A stretch of DNA of 64,000 nucleotides from Macrostomum lignano (taxonomy: Eukaryota), in contig NIVC01001275.1 of the NCBI GenBank assembly GCA_002269645.1, positions 219,539 through 283,538 on the forward strand. The letters run 5' to 3'. A program made the translations under genes and the position numbers. The notes under the pieces were generated by a model that did not search any database, was not told where the DNA came from, and was given only the letters and a program-made list of their open reading frames with translations. Positions 12,806-25,997 of this stretch are shown here, in pieces (positions within the stretch are counted from its first letter, which is position 1; each line of letters opens with the position of its first letter).

Positions 12806-13885
12806 TTCGTATTTTGTGTTTTTTAAGGTGTTTTAATAAAAAAAACATTTTTCACTACTAAGATTCGAACCAAGGTCGCTACATTAGCATTCCAGTCTGT
12901 TTGCATCCGGCTATCTCTTTTCAATTGGAGAACATGACTTGTGGCCCTTATAATTCAATACTTACAGCAAGTCGGTTAGAGTAAAAAGTTATGACATAAT
13001 CAATTTCTCAGTCAGCCAGTATCAGTCTCAATTTAAGTTAGCAATAGGGTTACGCAATTTCAATCAAGTCTTGTGTGCGTTTCTGTGGCACTGTTTTCAC
13101 CTTGTTGTGATGCAATCTTTATCACAATCGGAATTGAGCCAGTCAGTTTTTTCTCTAGCATTCTTACAATGCATTTCAAGTCGAAAATTTGGCTTGACCT
13201 TTGCAAAAAAGCATGTTTTTCGAATATTTAATCCCTTTAACATTGAGCAATTTCTTAGCCAAGATGCATGTACCGTGCCAGGAAAATTTCTGATCGAATG
13301 GTGCAAGTTTGAAGAAAATCGGTTGAGCCAATTTTTCTGAAATCTATCGCATAGCTACAGACATTTCATTTTTAGTATATAGGAGGATGCTTAGTAGTAA
13401 ACCCGAAGGGTGAAGACGCTTTGGTGAAAAGTTGTTTTTTACAAAAAATTCTATAGTTTTTCCCACAGCCATTTTTATGCGCAATATGTTATTCTATCAC
13501 TATGCCAATGGCATCAATATGCCAATAATAAATGAATAACCAATTTTACAACATTTTTTCAATCAATTATTAATCAATTAAACGCATTAGAAGCATTATA
13601 GGCCCTAAAGTCTCTAAAAAGTCGCAAAAGAAGTGCTTGGCAGATAGAAAATGCATGCCTATCTACTATCACCTATGGCTATAAACCCAGTGAGCTATAA
13701 ACTTGGCAAAATGACACAAAATTTGGCAAACAAAAATGCATTGAAAATTTTCGTGTATTCTTTGGCCTAGCAAGCATTGCAACTCTGTTCAATAGAAGCC
13801 ATTCCCATTTTTTCACCAGTAGGGCCTATTATTAAATAATTGATAAAACAAGGGTGGGGGTTAATTTTACTAAGTAATAATAGGC

Positions 13886-15304
13886 CTAGTTCCCAGTGAG
13901 CTCCGCGAAACCCACAAACCCAAGGACACGCGCGAAGCGCGTGTCCTTGGGTTTGTGGGGTGAGCGGAGCGAACGCGCGAGGCACAAAGTGCCGAGCATG
14001 AGGAACAAACAGCCAGCCAATGCGCGAAGCGCATTGGGTGGTCTGGCTTGTGACGAATATAATAATATGAGACGTGTGCATCGAAAAAATGACAAGAAAA
14101 ATCTCACAAAAACTGCTGTAACTTCAAAACTACAAGTGCGAATTTCACAAGTGAGGTGTCATTTTAAAGAGAAGAATCTGATCTATTTAACGAGTATAGT
14201 TTTGTATGGATTCACTGCGGAGAAAAGGAACAGGCTTCAGTTGAAATGTTTGTCTTAAGATTATGTCTTTACAAAAGTGCATTTCCTCATGCACATTAAA
14301 ACTCGAGCTAAAAATGTTCGAGGGTTATAGGTGCGCCTTACTAAGATGCATAACATTATTGGGTTGTTTTTTTCAATTGTATCAAAAAGTTGGCACTTTG
14401 GTTGCAAAAAATGCAAAAATTGAAAATGTACTTTTACAGTTTTTTGCATTTTTTTCTATACTGCTAATAGTTAAGCATACATACTATGCACCAATTGATG
14501 CGCAATTCAAAGATACACAAGTGTGGAAGTTTTCAATTCTTAAACATTTGAAATCAGAAAGTTATCGACGAAAGACTAAAAATCATGATCTCAAACTGAT
14601 TTGAGGAAAAGTGCTCATTATAATTTTTGGAATATGGAAGAAACAATTCAACGCCGTCATCTAATTCCAAACTAACTGTACTTTAAGGTACTGCGATGAT
14701 TTTTTTATTGAAAGAGCGAAACCTGTTTAAATATTTGAAAAAATGGAAAAAAAGTACCTTTTTTCATAGAAATACACTCTTTTGACTGCTTAATCCGATT
14801 TCCAACAACAAAATAGTTGCTTTCCTGCTGGTGCAAACCGTTATTAGGGTGAATTTTCAAAATTGCATACTGTGCCAAAAGTAAACTGAAGCTTAATATT
14901 TATAAACATTAGAAACGGGACCACTAATGGGTATTTTACTTTGGTTACTTACTATGGACTAAACTGGCACTGGCAGAGACAGATTTGAGAGAAACTAATT
15001 GCTCCATTGTATTTGTATTTGGCTCCAGCGTTACAAATTACAATAGCTATTTCGGGGTCTAACCGGCTAAGTTATCAAAAAAGCTAGATACCAATCACCA
15101 GTTTCATCATCAGCTATACCTACCACGATTTTATAGTCACATGCAACAGTAATACCCTCCTTTAAAAGTTTTCAATATCTAAAATGATGTGTTAAATTTT
15201 ATAAAATTTCATAAACAGTGAAATTTTAGCTGTTTACGTGCTGGTGGTTTGAACGTAGCTACTTTGTGCGAAAATACACTGTCATTAATACCGTACCTAT
15301 TATT
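13886..15304 (+). mobile_element. Unclassified interspersed repeat tipped by GCGAAGC-loop hairpins
   Basis: Perfect 23-bp stem (13911-13933 / 13937-13959, loop GAA) and a second stem at 14017-14037. About 13926-15304 is duplicated at 28484-29858, with identical ORF translations. Confidence 0.7.
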
Positions 15305-16218
15305 GTATTTATTGTATTGAAAGTTGATGTGTAAATTGTACTTTTCTATTTTTTTGTCATTCGTTATCGCACTCGGGCCGGCCTGCCTGCCTTGTGGGGT
15401 GTGGTGGCCTTGGCCACTTTCTCCCCCTTCTGCTAGGATCCAAAGCAAGCTTTCAAGTGTACATTTAATATTATCGATCGATTATTTAAAACAAGCCTCT
15501 AGTGGCTGGTGTTGAGAGTGAGTGGCCTTGAGTGTACGCGAAAGCAAGAGGAAGCCCATGGGCGGACTATATGAACCTTCCTTTAGTGGAAAGTTGGGCC
15601 TTGTACATTGGATAGTGTACGCTACACAAGACAGAAGGTAAAGAAAAAGAGAACGACAGGCTAGCCAATAGCGATAGCATGTGCTTCTTTCTCTCCAGTC
15701 CACTATGGTAGGGGGGGGAGGGGGTGTCAGACGGCCCAACTCTAACCCCCATACCCAAAACAGCGTACATGTAGAATAAGAAGGGATTGGGTCCAGATAA
15801 GTCTTCCCAAATGTACATGTATGTACAAAGACAAACACAGACAAGAAAAATGGCTCTAAAAACCATTGTTATTGTTACACTGTGTGTCTATTTTTATTAA
15901 CTTGACTTTGACTTGTCTTTACTCTAGCATGGTCAAGGATAATTACTGTTACTTCATACCTAATTTACAATTAATTGCATAAGATTAAGAAGGAATAATA
16001 CAATCGAGGTCGAACCCATGATCACTTGACCCACCCACCCATGATCACTTCTGATTCTGACCTACATGTATCTACTATATCCTGCCAGTTTCTCCAGTTT
16101 TATGGGTCTTGGTGTCGGTGATTCGAGCAATTCCATTACATTTTATCGGTGCAGTGCGTCTATTAATGCTTAGCTACTTGTATATGTGTTGCAGAACTTA
16201 TGCTCGTAGTTTCCCTTC

Positions 16219-17000
16219 TAGGGATGTTGACCCCGGGAGTGCTCCCCGGGGAGCTTGTCGGGGAATACTCTCCGGGGAATTTAACCGGGGACCCTGGGGA
16301 GAAAAAATATGAAAAAATGCATTTGTAACTTAATTTTTGCCATTAAAATAAGAAACTGATTCACAGAAAGCTGATTGAAACTCTGTCTATGCTCTTTTAC
16401 CGCATAATTGCTTATTTCAATGCATTACATGTATAATTTGAAACACAACACACGTTTGATTGTTTTTTCACTAATAAGTCATTCAATCAAGCAAATTGCA
16501 CGTAGAAAAGAAACCCGTCAGGAAAAAGAAGCCTTACTGACTAGTGACTGCTGTGCTGGTCTGCGTTGACGGCTTGACGCAGGCGCAGCGCTGCGTCATG
16601 CGTCAGGCACTGACGCATAGGGGGGTGTCATACATATACTCCCTATTAGACAAGGACAAAATGGTGATTTACATATATATGCAAGAAATAAAATTCCGAT
16701 TATAAAAACAGTCTCATTCATTAATTATCCTCTCACGAGCGTAGCTGTTTAGCATGCATTCCAACAAATGCACTTTTCCGATAAAGGTGCGCGCACGATT
16801 TCGTGATGCCACATTGTCAAATACAGTTTAAAAAAACATTGTTTAAAATTTTTACCCCTGCGCCTTGAACATGTAGTACAAAGCTTAAATCAAAGTTTAA
16901 AAAATTCCACTTACAATTTAAGTGATCCGCCGTTTTTACTTATTTTTTCTTTTCACCGGGGTCCCCGATAAGATAATTCCCTGGGGAATCGACATCCCTA
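16219..17000. mobile_element. hAT-type non-autonomous element (MITE)
   Basis: TIR TAGGGATGT(T/C)GA ... TCGACATCCCTA. Flanking direct repeat TTCCCTTC at 16211-16218 and 17002-17009 (one extra A at the right end). CCCCGGGG-rich subterminal repeats. Confidence 0.8.
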
Positions 17001-17832
17001 ATTCCCTTCCTATAAATCATTTGACGTTAGAGACATTTTACAACTCTCGCCCTACTTTATCTATTAGGCTAACTTTATGTATGACACGACGCAAAATATT
17101 AGGAGCATCAGCGTTAATAATGCCTTGAAAGTCTTTAAATAATCGATACAACACTAGGTATTATAAAATTCCAACCCCAAAGCTCACTGGGGCGAAAAGA
17201 CTTTGTCTTCATTAACTAGTAATAAAGACATTGTTATTGGTAGTATAATTATTAGATAGGCCTAGGCCTAGGCCTAGTATTAGCAAGTAGAAAGACCATA
17301 GTCTGAATCATGCTAGGCTAGGTGCATGCCTGAACAAAAGTTGAATAGTTACAATGCACACAAAAAAGTTGAGTGCATAGCCATATTCTCAAAGCTAGAC
17401 TAGAGCCTAGTGCCCAGGCCCCAAGTAGGCCCCTATTGTGTCAATAAATAACCTTTTTTGCATTGCAACAGTAAATGTTACATAAATGACCCTTTTTTAT
17501 GCTAATAATTTGGTTGATTATTCATCTTTTTTGTTTATACTATATATAGCCAAAAATCAACATATAAACATTTGTTTAAACACCTTATTTGTTATTATAA
17601 GTTTTTCAAAGTAGAAAGCTTAAAATTTATGCTTTAAAATCTACTTTTCCATGTTTTTCTATTTTTTTCCACTTAACATTAACTTTTCTGCATGATTCTA
17701 TCAAGTGCATACTAGGTATGCATACACATTATTTTTTAGGGTAATAGCAATACCTAACTTTTGGTATACAAGGCAAATGCATGCCAAAATTTTTGTGCAT
17801 ATACTACATGATCCAGAGTTTGGCAGGACAAA

Positions 17833-19753
17833 TCTCTACATATAAAAATCAAAACTTTGTCTGTCTGTCTGTCTGTGTGTGGACAATTTTGATCGCTATG
17901 GACTCCCAAACCGCTCAACCAAATTACACCAAACTTTACACCCACCCTAAACTTACTACGGAGAATGTCTTAGGCTACCTTTTAATTTCCTAAATTTGAG
18001 TCTTCCTACCTAAAAGTACAAAAAAACTGCTCAAAATGCGCGATTTTTTCACTTAATCCTCCATAGCGCCGCTCCACTTCTACCGATTCTCTTCAAATTT
18101 GACACAGGCAATTTTCAACTATTTTGACACAATCGTGTAAAATTTCAAATCTCAAAGTTAATCCTGAAAGCCGCTGTGCACTTTTAAAGTTTGGCTGTTT
18201 TTTTCAGCGTAGCAACCACCCCAACCTCCACCCGCCTGCCTCTCTTTCCCGATCCCGATCTGGGCCCAGATGTGTAAAAGGGTTTCAAAATTGACTAACT
18301 TTCAGCTGCCATAAGTTTGCTCCACGTAAAGCGATTGACTTCAAACTTGACACAATTCTTCATTGACTCATTCTCTGTCTAAATGTAAAGTTTCAACTCT
18401 GTAACTCAACCGAAAAAGAAACTGTAAGCATGTGAAGTTTGTCTGCTTTTTCTGTTGTTTGTGCCACTCACTCACTCATTGCCCCAGAGCCAGACGAAGG
18501 GTCAGGCGATAGGACTGAATGTACATAGCAAATGTACAGTGTTTTGGATTAACTTTATTTATAGCCTTCTCTGCACCCCGAGAGTGGAGAGGCTACGTTT
18601 AGCCATAACAGTTTAGTGAGAAATTCTAACCACTGCCCTCCCCTCTGTATTGGCAAACTCTGCAGCAGTTTAACAGTGGATGGCAATTGGCAAATCGAGG
18701 GAATCCAGCATGGTTTGTAAAAGCTAAAGATTTATGAAAAGGCGATGTGATGCAATGCAATACAACCCTACTAAATTAGGCACACCAGGGAAATTTTAGG
18801 TTTCTTTTAAAGGTACTATGTAAATTTTAAATGGCCTCCTAAGAAATGCGTATTTCCTTGGTTTTTAGACTGATGCAGACTGCAGTGGAGCTGAAGATAC
18901 ACAAATTCCTTTCAGGACTGCAAATTAGCAAGAAAGATGACGTGATCCAAGCATGAGAACAACCATGAGTGTACTACGTCCCACAAACTGGCTTTCCAAG
19001 CAGGGATGGGCAGACTTTTACCTCAAAGGCCAGATAAAGAATCCAGCTCATAGCTAAGGGGCAGATGAAAGTGGAAAGAAGAAGGAATAGACGATTCGAA
19101 GAGAGGAGAGGCGACAGAGGGGATAAAAGAAAAGATAAAAGATAATAGGAGAGATGAGGGGGTGAGGACGATGAGAGAGAGGGGAGAGAGGAAAAGCGAG
19201 AGGAGAGAGTAGAGATGAGAGAACAGAGAGCTGCAGATGAGAGGAGAGAGGAGACAGCAGAGAGGAGAGCAGAGAGGAAACAGGTGAAAGAAGAGATGAG
19301 AGAGTAAAGGGAAGAGAGAAGAGATAAAGATACATCTCTACATCTCTAAGGTTCTAGAGATGAGAGAGATGGAAGGAGAGATAAGAGATAACAGAGAGAG
19401 GAGAGTGGAGTGAGAGAAGAGAGGGAGACAGAGTATAGAAAAGGGAAGAGAAGAGAAAAGAAGAAAGGAGAAAGGAAAGTGAGGAGTCAAAAGAGGGGAA
19501 AGAAAAGAGTACAGAGGAGAGAGGTGAGAGAACATATAAGACAGAGATGCCAGATTAAAGAGGGGGGATGAGAGAGCAGAGACGAGAGTGAACAGATAAA
19601 AGATGGGAGAGTAGAGAGAACAGAGGAGAGGTTACAGAGACGAGAGGAGAGAGGAGAGACAAAGGTAGAGAAGTGAGTGAGGAGAGAGGAGCGGAAAGAG
19701 GAGAATGGAGAGGGGAGAGGGGAGAGAGAGAAGGAGAGATAAGAGAGAAAGAC

Positions 19754-19831
<78 letters not shown>

Positions 19832-20394
19832 GGGAGCAGAGAGAAATGAGAAGAGATAAAAGATAAAAAAAGAGAAAGGAATGATAAGAGAGCAAAGACG
19901 AGAGAGAAAAGAGGTGAGGGAAGAGACGAGAGAAGAGGGGAGAGATGAGAGAGGAGAGGGGGAGAGAGGAGAAAGGAGAGGAGAGAGAAACGAAGAGACA
20001 AGAGATGAGATAAGAGAGATGAAAGAGAAGAGAGATAAGGGAAGATACGAGAGGAGAGAGGAGAGAGGAGAGACGAGGGACAAGAGAGATGAGAGGAAAC
20101 AAAGAGACGATAGAAGGATCCAAGGGACGTAGGGAGAGTCAGGGAGAGACCAGAGTTTAGCAGTATATGTTTTAGAGACAGACAGACATTGCCTGACATT
20201 CTGCGCAGTACCCCAGCCAACAATGTCTCAAACCCTAATTTTAGACGAATGTGCTCCATTTTATGTCTACCTCTATCCTACTAACTATTAACAAGTTTTT
20301 GTTTGTGTATGGCCTTAGATTTCAGAATACATGCAAAAGTAGTTCCGGGTATTGGAATTCCTCGGGTTCAAAATCCGCGGGTTTCAACAGCTTG
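17833..20394 (+). mobile_element. Non-autonomous Helitron-like element with (GTCT)n and AG-rich core
   Basis: 5' A|TCTCTACATATAAAAATCAAAACTTTGTCTGTCTG; 3' GC-rich stems then CAACAGCTTG|T. Homology to the inverted copy breaks exactly at these ends (32451 and 25256). The 3' tetranucleotide is CTTG rather than canonical CTRR. Confidence 0.75.
19050..20130. repeat. AG-rich low-complexity tract with perfect (AG)n
   Basis: Perfect AG run at about 19762-19824 within degenerate purine-rich sequence. Confidence 0.95.
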
Positions 20395-22626
20395 TTAATT
20401 ATAAAGAATTAATAAAGTTAAAAATGTTATATTACTTTTACTAAATAATAGTATTTTTAGCATTAAAATAGCAATAAAATTAAAAGATATAATTAAAAAT
20501 AAAATAGCATTAAAATGGTAACCAGAATAAACAAATGAAAATAAAAAAAGGTTACAAATGACTTTCAATTTTTGGGATATATGCAAGCATATCCTAGAAC
20601 CATGATACCTATGAGTTGGCTAGTCTAGTCATATTAAAGCTACAAAAAGCAGCTATGCAATAGTATTACTATCTTGATTACATATTTAGCTATCATTGAG
20701 GCATTACCCAACCATTGTCTATCAACTATTTGTGACCAGGTTAGCAAAATTCACTCATTTCCCTAAGTTACATTGGTGTAGATAAATCAAGTGACTAGAA
20801 TTATATATATGCATGTAATGAAACCTTTGTAAGATAAAAAACAATGCAAGAAAAAGTAACATTGATGCTGGCAAGTGCCAAACTGGCTAACTATAGGTAT
20901 TAGTATAAAACAATTTGAAGCATGCAGCTCTATTTTGCTTTTGCATTTAATTTCTATAGGAATAAAACATTCTCCATATGCAGAAGCAAATGGTACAAGC
21001 ATGAAGAAGCTAGAGATGAAGTATATGTGTAGTATATCCTATATATCATACTGAAATTCAAACCTTACTACATTATACCTTTCCCTATAATACATATTTA
21101 CCTAAAGTCTACAAGTACTTTAAAATGCACTGCCAATAAAACACAATAGAGATACTTGCAATAATTGCTAAGTAGAATAATAATTTATTTTGGAAGCAAA
21201 TAGAAGTCACAAATTTTCTTTGCGACATGCTTCTTATCACTGTACAAATTGTAGCCGTAGCATATAGCTTAGTTATTGGATGTCTAATATTAGCCTTGAA
21301 CCAATGATAGTTGGAACCAATGATAGGGACAAACTCTACTACTGAATACTAACTACAAAAGTGAGAAAAAGGGCTTATTAGAATGCAATAAACACAGCCT
21401 TTCTGTCCTCTCTCCCTTTCTCTTTGTCCTTAATCTCTTTAATTTAAGTTTCTCTTTAATTGTCCTATATCCTCATGCTTCTTATATGGCATCTTTACTT
21501 CTCTTTCTCTATTATTTAAGAAATATTTAAAATTCAAAATTAAAATTGATTTGATTTTTTTAATTTAAAACCTGATTGCTAGGTGGCTTGCAGTATGTTA
21601 TACACCTGCTGGCCATCTCTTAAAATGCATGTTTGATATAATATAGTGCAAAATTTAAAACTGGCCCCTATCCTATCCCTTTCAATTATTAAATCAACAG
21701 CTCCAATGGAAAAAGTCTTACTAAAATATTACTAGATATGGAAAGTATATGTTCCTTTCATATGCTTTGTCTAAAAAACCTTTATATCTATAACTTCTCA
21801 TAGCCATATCTATAGCTACAGTGGAACTCTAATGCGTGACCTTGGCCTTGGTAGGATATAACAAATAATGACAGTAGCATGGTAGAGGCAGCTATGTGAT
21901 CAGGCATAGCTACCCAGCCTACCATCAAACACTTTGTTGAACCACATTCTGCCATGTCCAGCACCTATTGACCAAGTCAAAAGGCACCTTGTCCTTGATA
22001 GAACTTCATGTCATCAATTTTGCAATTTATGCCAGCTAGATTGACTGGGTTAACCAACAGTTATGCATGTATATTTGGATATGTATGCATGCATGTATAT
22101 GCTCATGCATTTAGCATACTGGAAGCATTAATCATAATAAATATAATAATGGGTATAAATTGCTAGATAAATAGGAGATGCCACTTTTATTCACCTTTGC
22201 TTTTGGCAAGGCATCAATACCCTAATTTATATAGTAATGTAACTACTAATATTAGTAGTATTACTACTACTGCACTAACTTGCCCAAAGCCACTGGAAAT
22301 TGAACAAACTACCAGTATAAGCTAAAAGCTGAGTTCTCTGACATCACTAAGGCCTGGCTTTCTAGATCTTTGCATTAATTCATATTCTCAAATGTAGTAT
22401 AAGAATATACATATTTTTCTAAAGCATCAGGTTGAAGAATTCTAACTCCCAGCAAAAGTTCGATAACTTAGAGATAAGTATGTTACATTTAGAAGCGTGT
22501 ATAAAAAACTAAGGTTTTAACAGTCCCCGCTGTTATTGTGCTTTATTTTGTGTGAATATGTTATCACACGAAGAGAAATCAGTTGGAATTTAGCGAATTA
22601 AAACAAAAACACACTGCAGCTGCGCA

Positions 22627-24643
22627 ATGTCGGACAAGTGCTGCTATTTAGTGGAGTTCGATTACAAAGCCGACCAGGAGGACGAGCTCTCCATAGTCAA
22701 AGGCGAGCTGCTGTACGACGCCGAGCCGGAGGAGGACGGCTGGCTTCGCGGCCGGAACTCGGCGGGCAGGCGCGGCCTGTTCCCTGACAATTTTGTTAAA
22801 CCGTGCCGCCTGGCCACCCTGCGCCGGGTTGACCCGAAGCTGCGCGCCTCCGGCTTGGAGGCCAATTCGGCTGTCTATGCGATGGAGCCGCTGCCAGCTG
22901 CCGGATCCGCCGCTGTGGCGACCGTCTACGTGCCCAAGCTGGCCGCCAAGTTTCCCGTCCCGCTGGCCTATCTGGACATTGACGGCGGGGGTGGCCAGCC
23001 GCCGCACGAGCAGCAGCAGCTGCCGTCGCGCCCCCTGCCCGGGATGGCGCCCACCAGCGCAGTCAGGCAGCACCAGCCGAAGCCTGCGCAGTCGGCGACT
23101 GCTGGCGGTTCAGCATCGGCCTCGCTGTCTGATAAGGCCAAGCTGCAGATGCACTCGGACTATGTGAAGGTTAGGGAGGCTGGGTTGGAGTGGCTCGGGT
23201 ATTGGGGCACAGATCCCAATTACAGACACCCAGATCCCAATTACAGACACCCAGATCCCAGTTACAGACACCCAAATCCCAGTTACAGACACCCAGATTC
23301 CAATTACAGACACCAAGATCCCAATTACAGACACCCAGATTCCAATTACAGACACCCAGATCCCAATTTCAGACACCCAGATCCCAATTACAGACACCCA
23401 GATCCCAATTACAGACACCGAGATCCCAATTACAGACACCGAGATCCCAATTACATACACCCAGATCCCAATTACAGAAGCCCGGGTCCCGAATCCATAA
23501 AAATATCCCCATTCACAATCCCTATTTCCATGGCAACGCAGGTGATCCACGCCTACACGGCCCAGCACCAGGACGAGCTGACCCTCCACATCGGCGACGT
23601 GATCCGCGTCACCAACCGCAACCTCAGCGACGACGGCTGGTGGCAGGGCGAGCTGCACGGCCAGGTCGGCGTGTTCCCCGACAACTTTGTTGAGCCCTGC
23701 TCCGCCTCGGCTGCCGCGCCTGCCCGACAGGCCGCCTCCTCGACTGCCGCCGCCGCGCCGGCCCGGCCGCCTGTCAGCGCCGCCGCCCGGCACCAGAACT
23801 CGTCCGGCGGGCTGGACTCCGCCGCTGCACACGCCGGCAGCAACGGCCTGCTGGCTGGCGACCACCCGCAGCGGCAGCCGCTGGCCGACGCGGCAGCTGG
23901 CAGGCCGCGGCCGGTGGCCGGCAAGAGGCCGCCAAACGGAGCCAATCACAGGGGCCCAGTGAGTGTCCTACTGGGGATGGGAATCCCAAAGTGTAGGGTA
24001 TTGGAATCCTACAGTGTAGGGTATGGGAATCCCACAGTGTAGGGTATGGGAATCCCACAGTGTAGTATGGGAATCCCACAGTATAGGGTATGGGAATCCC
24101 ACAGTGTAGGGTATGGGAATCCCACAGTGTAGTATGGGAATCCCACAGTATAGGGTATGGGAATCCCACAGTGTAGTATGGGAATCCCACAGTTGTAGGG
24201 TATGGGAATCCCACAGTGTAGGGTATGGGAATCCCACAGTGTAAAACACGGTAAAGCCAAATCCAGGTGACCGCTGGTTGCTAAGGCCCGCATAGCAACT
24301 GAGCAGCAATCCATTGAACGCCCCGCAGCATCTGGAAGAGGAGGCCAGCCGCACCGAGAGCTCCCAGCTGACCACGGCCGCCACGTCTTACAGCGCGGCT
24401 GGCGGGTCCGGTCAGCAGCAGCCGGAGACGCTCGCTGAACTGCTTCAGGAGGTGCAGCGCCTTCGCTCGGAGGCGGCCCAGCGCGACCGGGAGATCCTGG
24501 AGCTGAGCAGGTTCAAGCGCACGGCTGTTGACAACATCGCGGGCCTGAAAGAGGAGATCGACAATATTAAGAAGAGCTTTCACGCCTGCTGCGTGGACAT
24601 GGACCGGGTGAAGCGGGAGCTGGCCAGCCTCAGCAGTATCTGA
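22627..24643 (+). CDS. CD2AP/CIN85-like adaptor: two SH3 domains, Pro/Ala-rich linkers, C-terminal coiled coil (about 424 aa)
   Basis: Exons 22627-23169, 23542-23958 and 24329-24643, all phase 0 with GT-AG introns. SH3-1 VEFDYKADQEDELSI...GWLRG...GLFPDNFV; SH3-2 VIHAYTAQHQDELTL...DGWWQG...GVFPDNFV; coiled coil LAELLQEVQRLRSE...VKRELASL. Confidence 0.9.
23210..23478. repeat. 21-bp minisatellite in intron 1 of the SH3 gene
   Basis: Unit CAGATCCCAATTACAGACACC, about 13 copies; reads HPDPNYR in the gene frame. Confidence 0.95.
23965..24242. repeat. 21/23-bp minisatellite in intron 2 of the SH3 gene
   Basis: Unit CAGTGTAG(GG)TATGGGAATCCCA. Confidence 0.95.
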
Positions 24644-24873
24644 ATAGGACCGGGTGAAGCGGGAGCTGGCCAGCCTCAGCAGTATCTGAATAGGACCGGG
24701 TGAAGCGGGAGCTGGCCAGCCTCAGCAGTATCTGAATAGGACCGGGTGCAGCGGGAGCTGGCCAGCCTCAGCAGTATCTGAATAGGACCGGGTGAAGCGG
24801 GAGCTGGCCAGCCTCAGCAGTATCTGAATAGGACCGGGTGAAGCGGGAGCTGGCCAGCCTCAGCAGTATCTGA
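24601..24873 (+). repeat. 46-bp tandem repeat of the gene's last codons and stop (6 copies)
   Basis: GGACCGGGTGAAGCGGGAGCTGGCCAGCCTCAGCAGTATCTGAATA starting at 24601, 24647, 24693, 24739, 24785 and 24831. Confidence 0.97.
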
Positions 24874-25912
24874 GCAAATGATAAAGGAATCTGATATTGA
24901 ACAGACATTCACATGAAGTTCATTTGCAATGCACACCACACACCGATTCTGTCAGTTTTTACCATTTTTTTACTTTGTGAGACCCAAGATTAATTATAGT
25001 CATTGCTTCACGAGTATTAGGAATTTACAAGCCGCCCGCAATTCACAAGTAACAAGGGAATTCGCATAGTGCATTTTTCTAATTCACCATTTGAGTTGAA
25101 TGATGTAGCTCGTACATCAACAATCTAATTAGCTTCCTGTGAATTTTCTTCATAATGAATGAATTTATATATGCAGCTGTAACATTATTTGTCATTAATT
25201 ACTAGTAGTGTTCACAACACAAGTTTCGTGAATTTTGTATTTTTTACCATTGGTACAAGCTGTTGAAACCCGCGGATTTTGAACCCGGGGAATTCCAATC
25301 CCCGGAACTATTTTTGCATGTATTCTGAAATCTAAGGCCATAAACAAACAAAAACTTGTTAATAGTTCGTAGGATAGAGGTAGACATAAAATGGAGCGCA
25401 TTCGTGTAAAATTAGGGTCTGAGACATTGTTGGCTGGGGTACTGCGCAGAATGTCAGGCAATGTCTGTCTGACTCTAAAACATATATTGCTAAACTCTGG
25501 TCTCTCCCTGACTCTCCCTACGTCCCTTGGATCTTTTAAAATTTCTATCATCTCTTTGTTTCCTCTCATCTCTCTTGTCCCTCATCTCTCCTCTCTCCTC
25601 TCTCCCCTCTTCTCTCGTATCTTCCCTCATCTCTCTTCTCTTTCATCTCTCTTATCTCATCTCTTGTCTCTTCTTTTCTCTCTCCTCTCCTCTCTCCCCC
25701 TCTCCTCTCTCCTCTCACCCCCTCTTCTCTCTTATCTTCCTTCTCCTTTCTATTCTTTTCTCTCTTCTCTTAACTCTCTCCTCTACTCTCTCATCTCTCC
25801 CCTCTTCTCTCGTCTCTTCCCACACCTCTTTTCTCTCTCGTCTTTGCTCTCTCATCTTTCCTTTCTCTTCTTTTATCTTTTCTCTCCTATCTCTTCTCAT
25901 TTCTCTCTGCTC

Positions 25913-25997
<85 letters not shown>

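Larger units (their letters stand above)
9345..13387 (-). mobile_element. Non-autonomous Helitron-like element with internal minisatellites
   Basis: Minus-strand 5' end A|TCCTCCTATATACTAAAAATGAAATGTCTG...GCTCAACCGATTTTCTTCAAACTT at 13387. Candidate 3' end ...ATAATTATGGTCTACTAG|T at 9345. The internal block is duplicated (9755-11648 and 11650-12810). Confidence 0.6.

Noticed and set aside
12855-12885. tRNA B-box-like motifs (GGTTCGAAT here on the minus strand; GGTTCAATTCC near 39690)
   Set aside because: No A-box spacing or cloverleaf could be built; at most SINE-like debris.
14261-14604. ORFs repeated identically at 28815-29158
   Set aside because: Identity reflects the recent duplication, not coding constraint; AT-rich with no domain.
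23975-24240. About 11 GGGAATCCC motifs resembling NF-kB/Rel sites
   Set aside because: They are simply the core of a minisatellite unit; nothing in the sequence supports factor binding.
22648-24583. Antisense and alternative-frame ORFs over the SH3 gene, and likewise over the transposase and phosphorylase exons
   Set aside because: Shadow ORFs expected from GC-rich codon usage; no recognisable domains.
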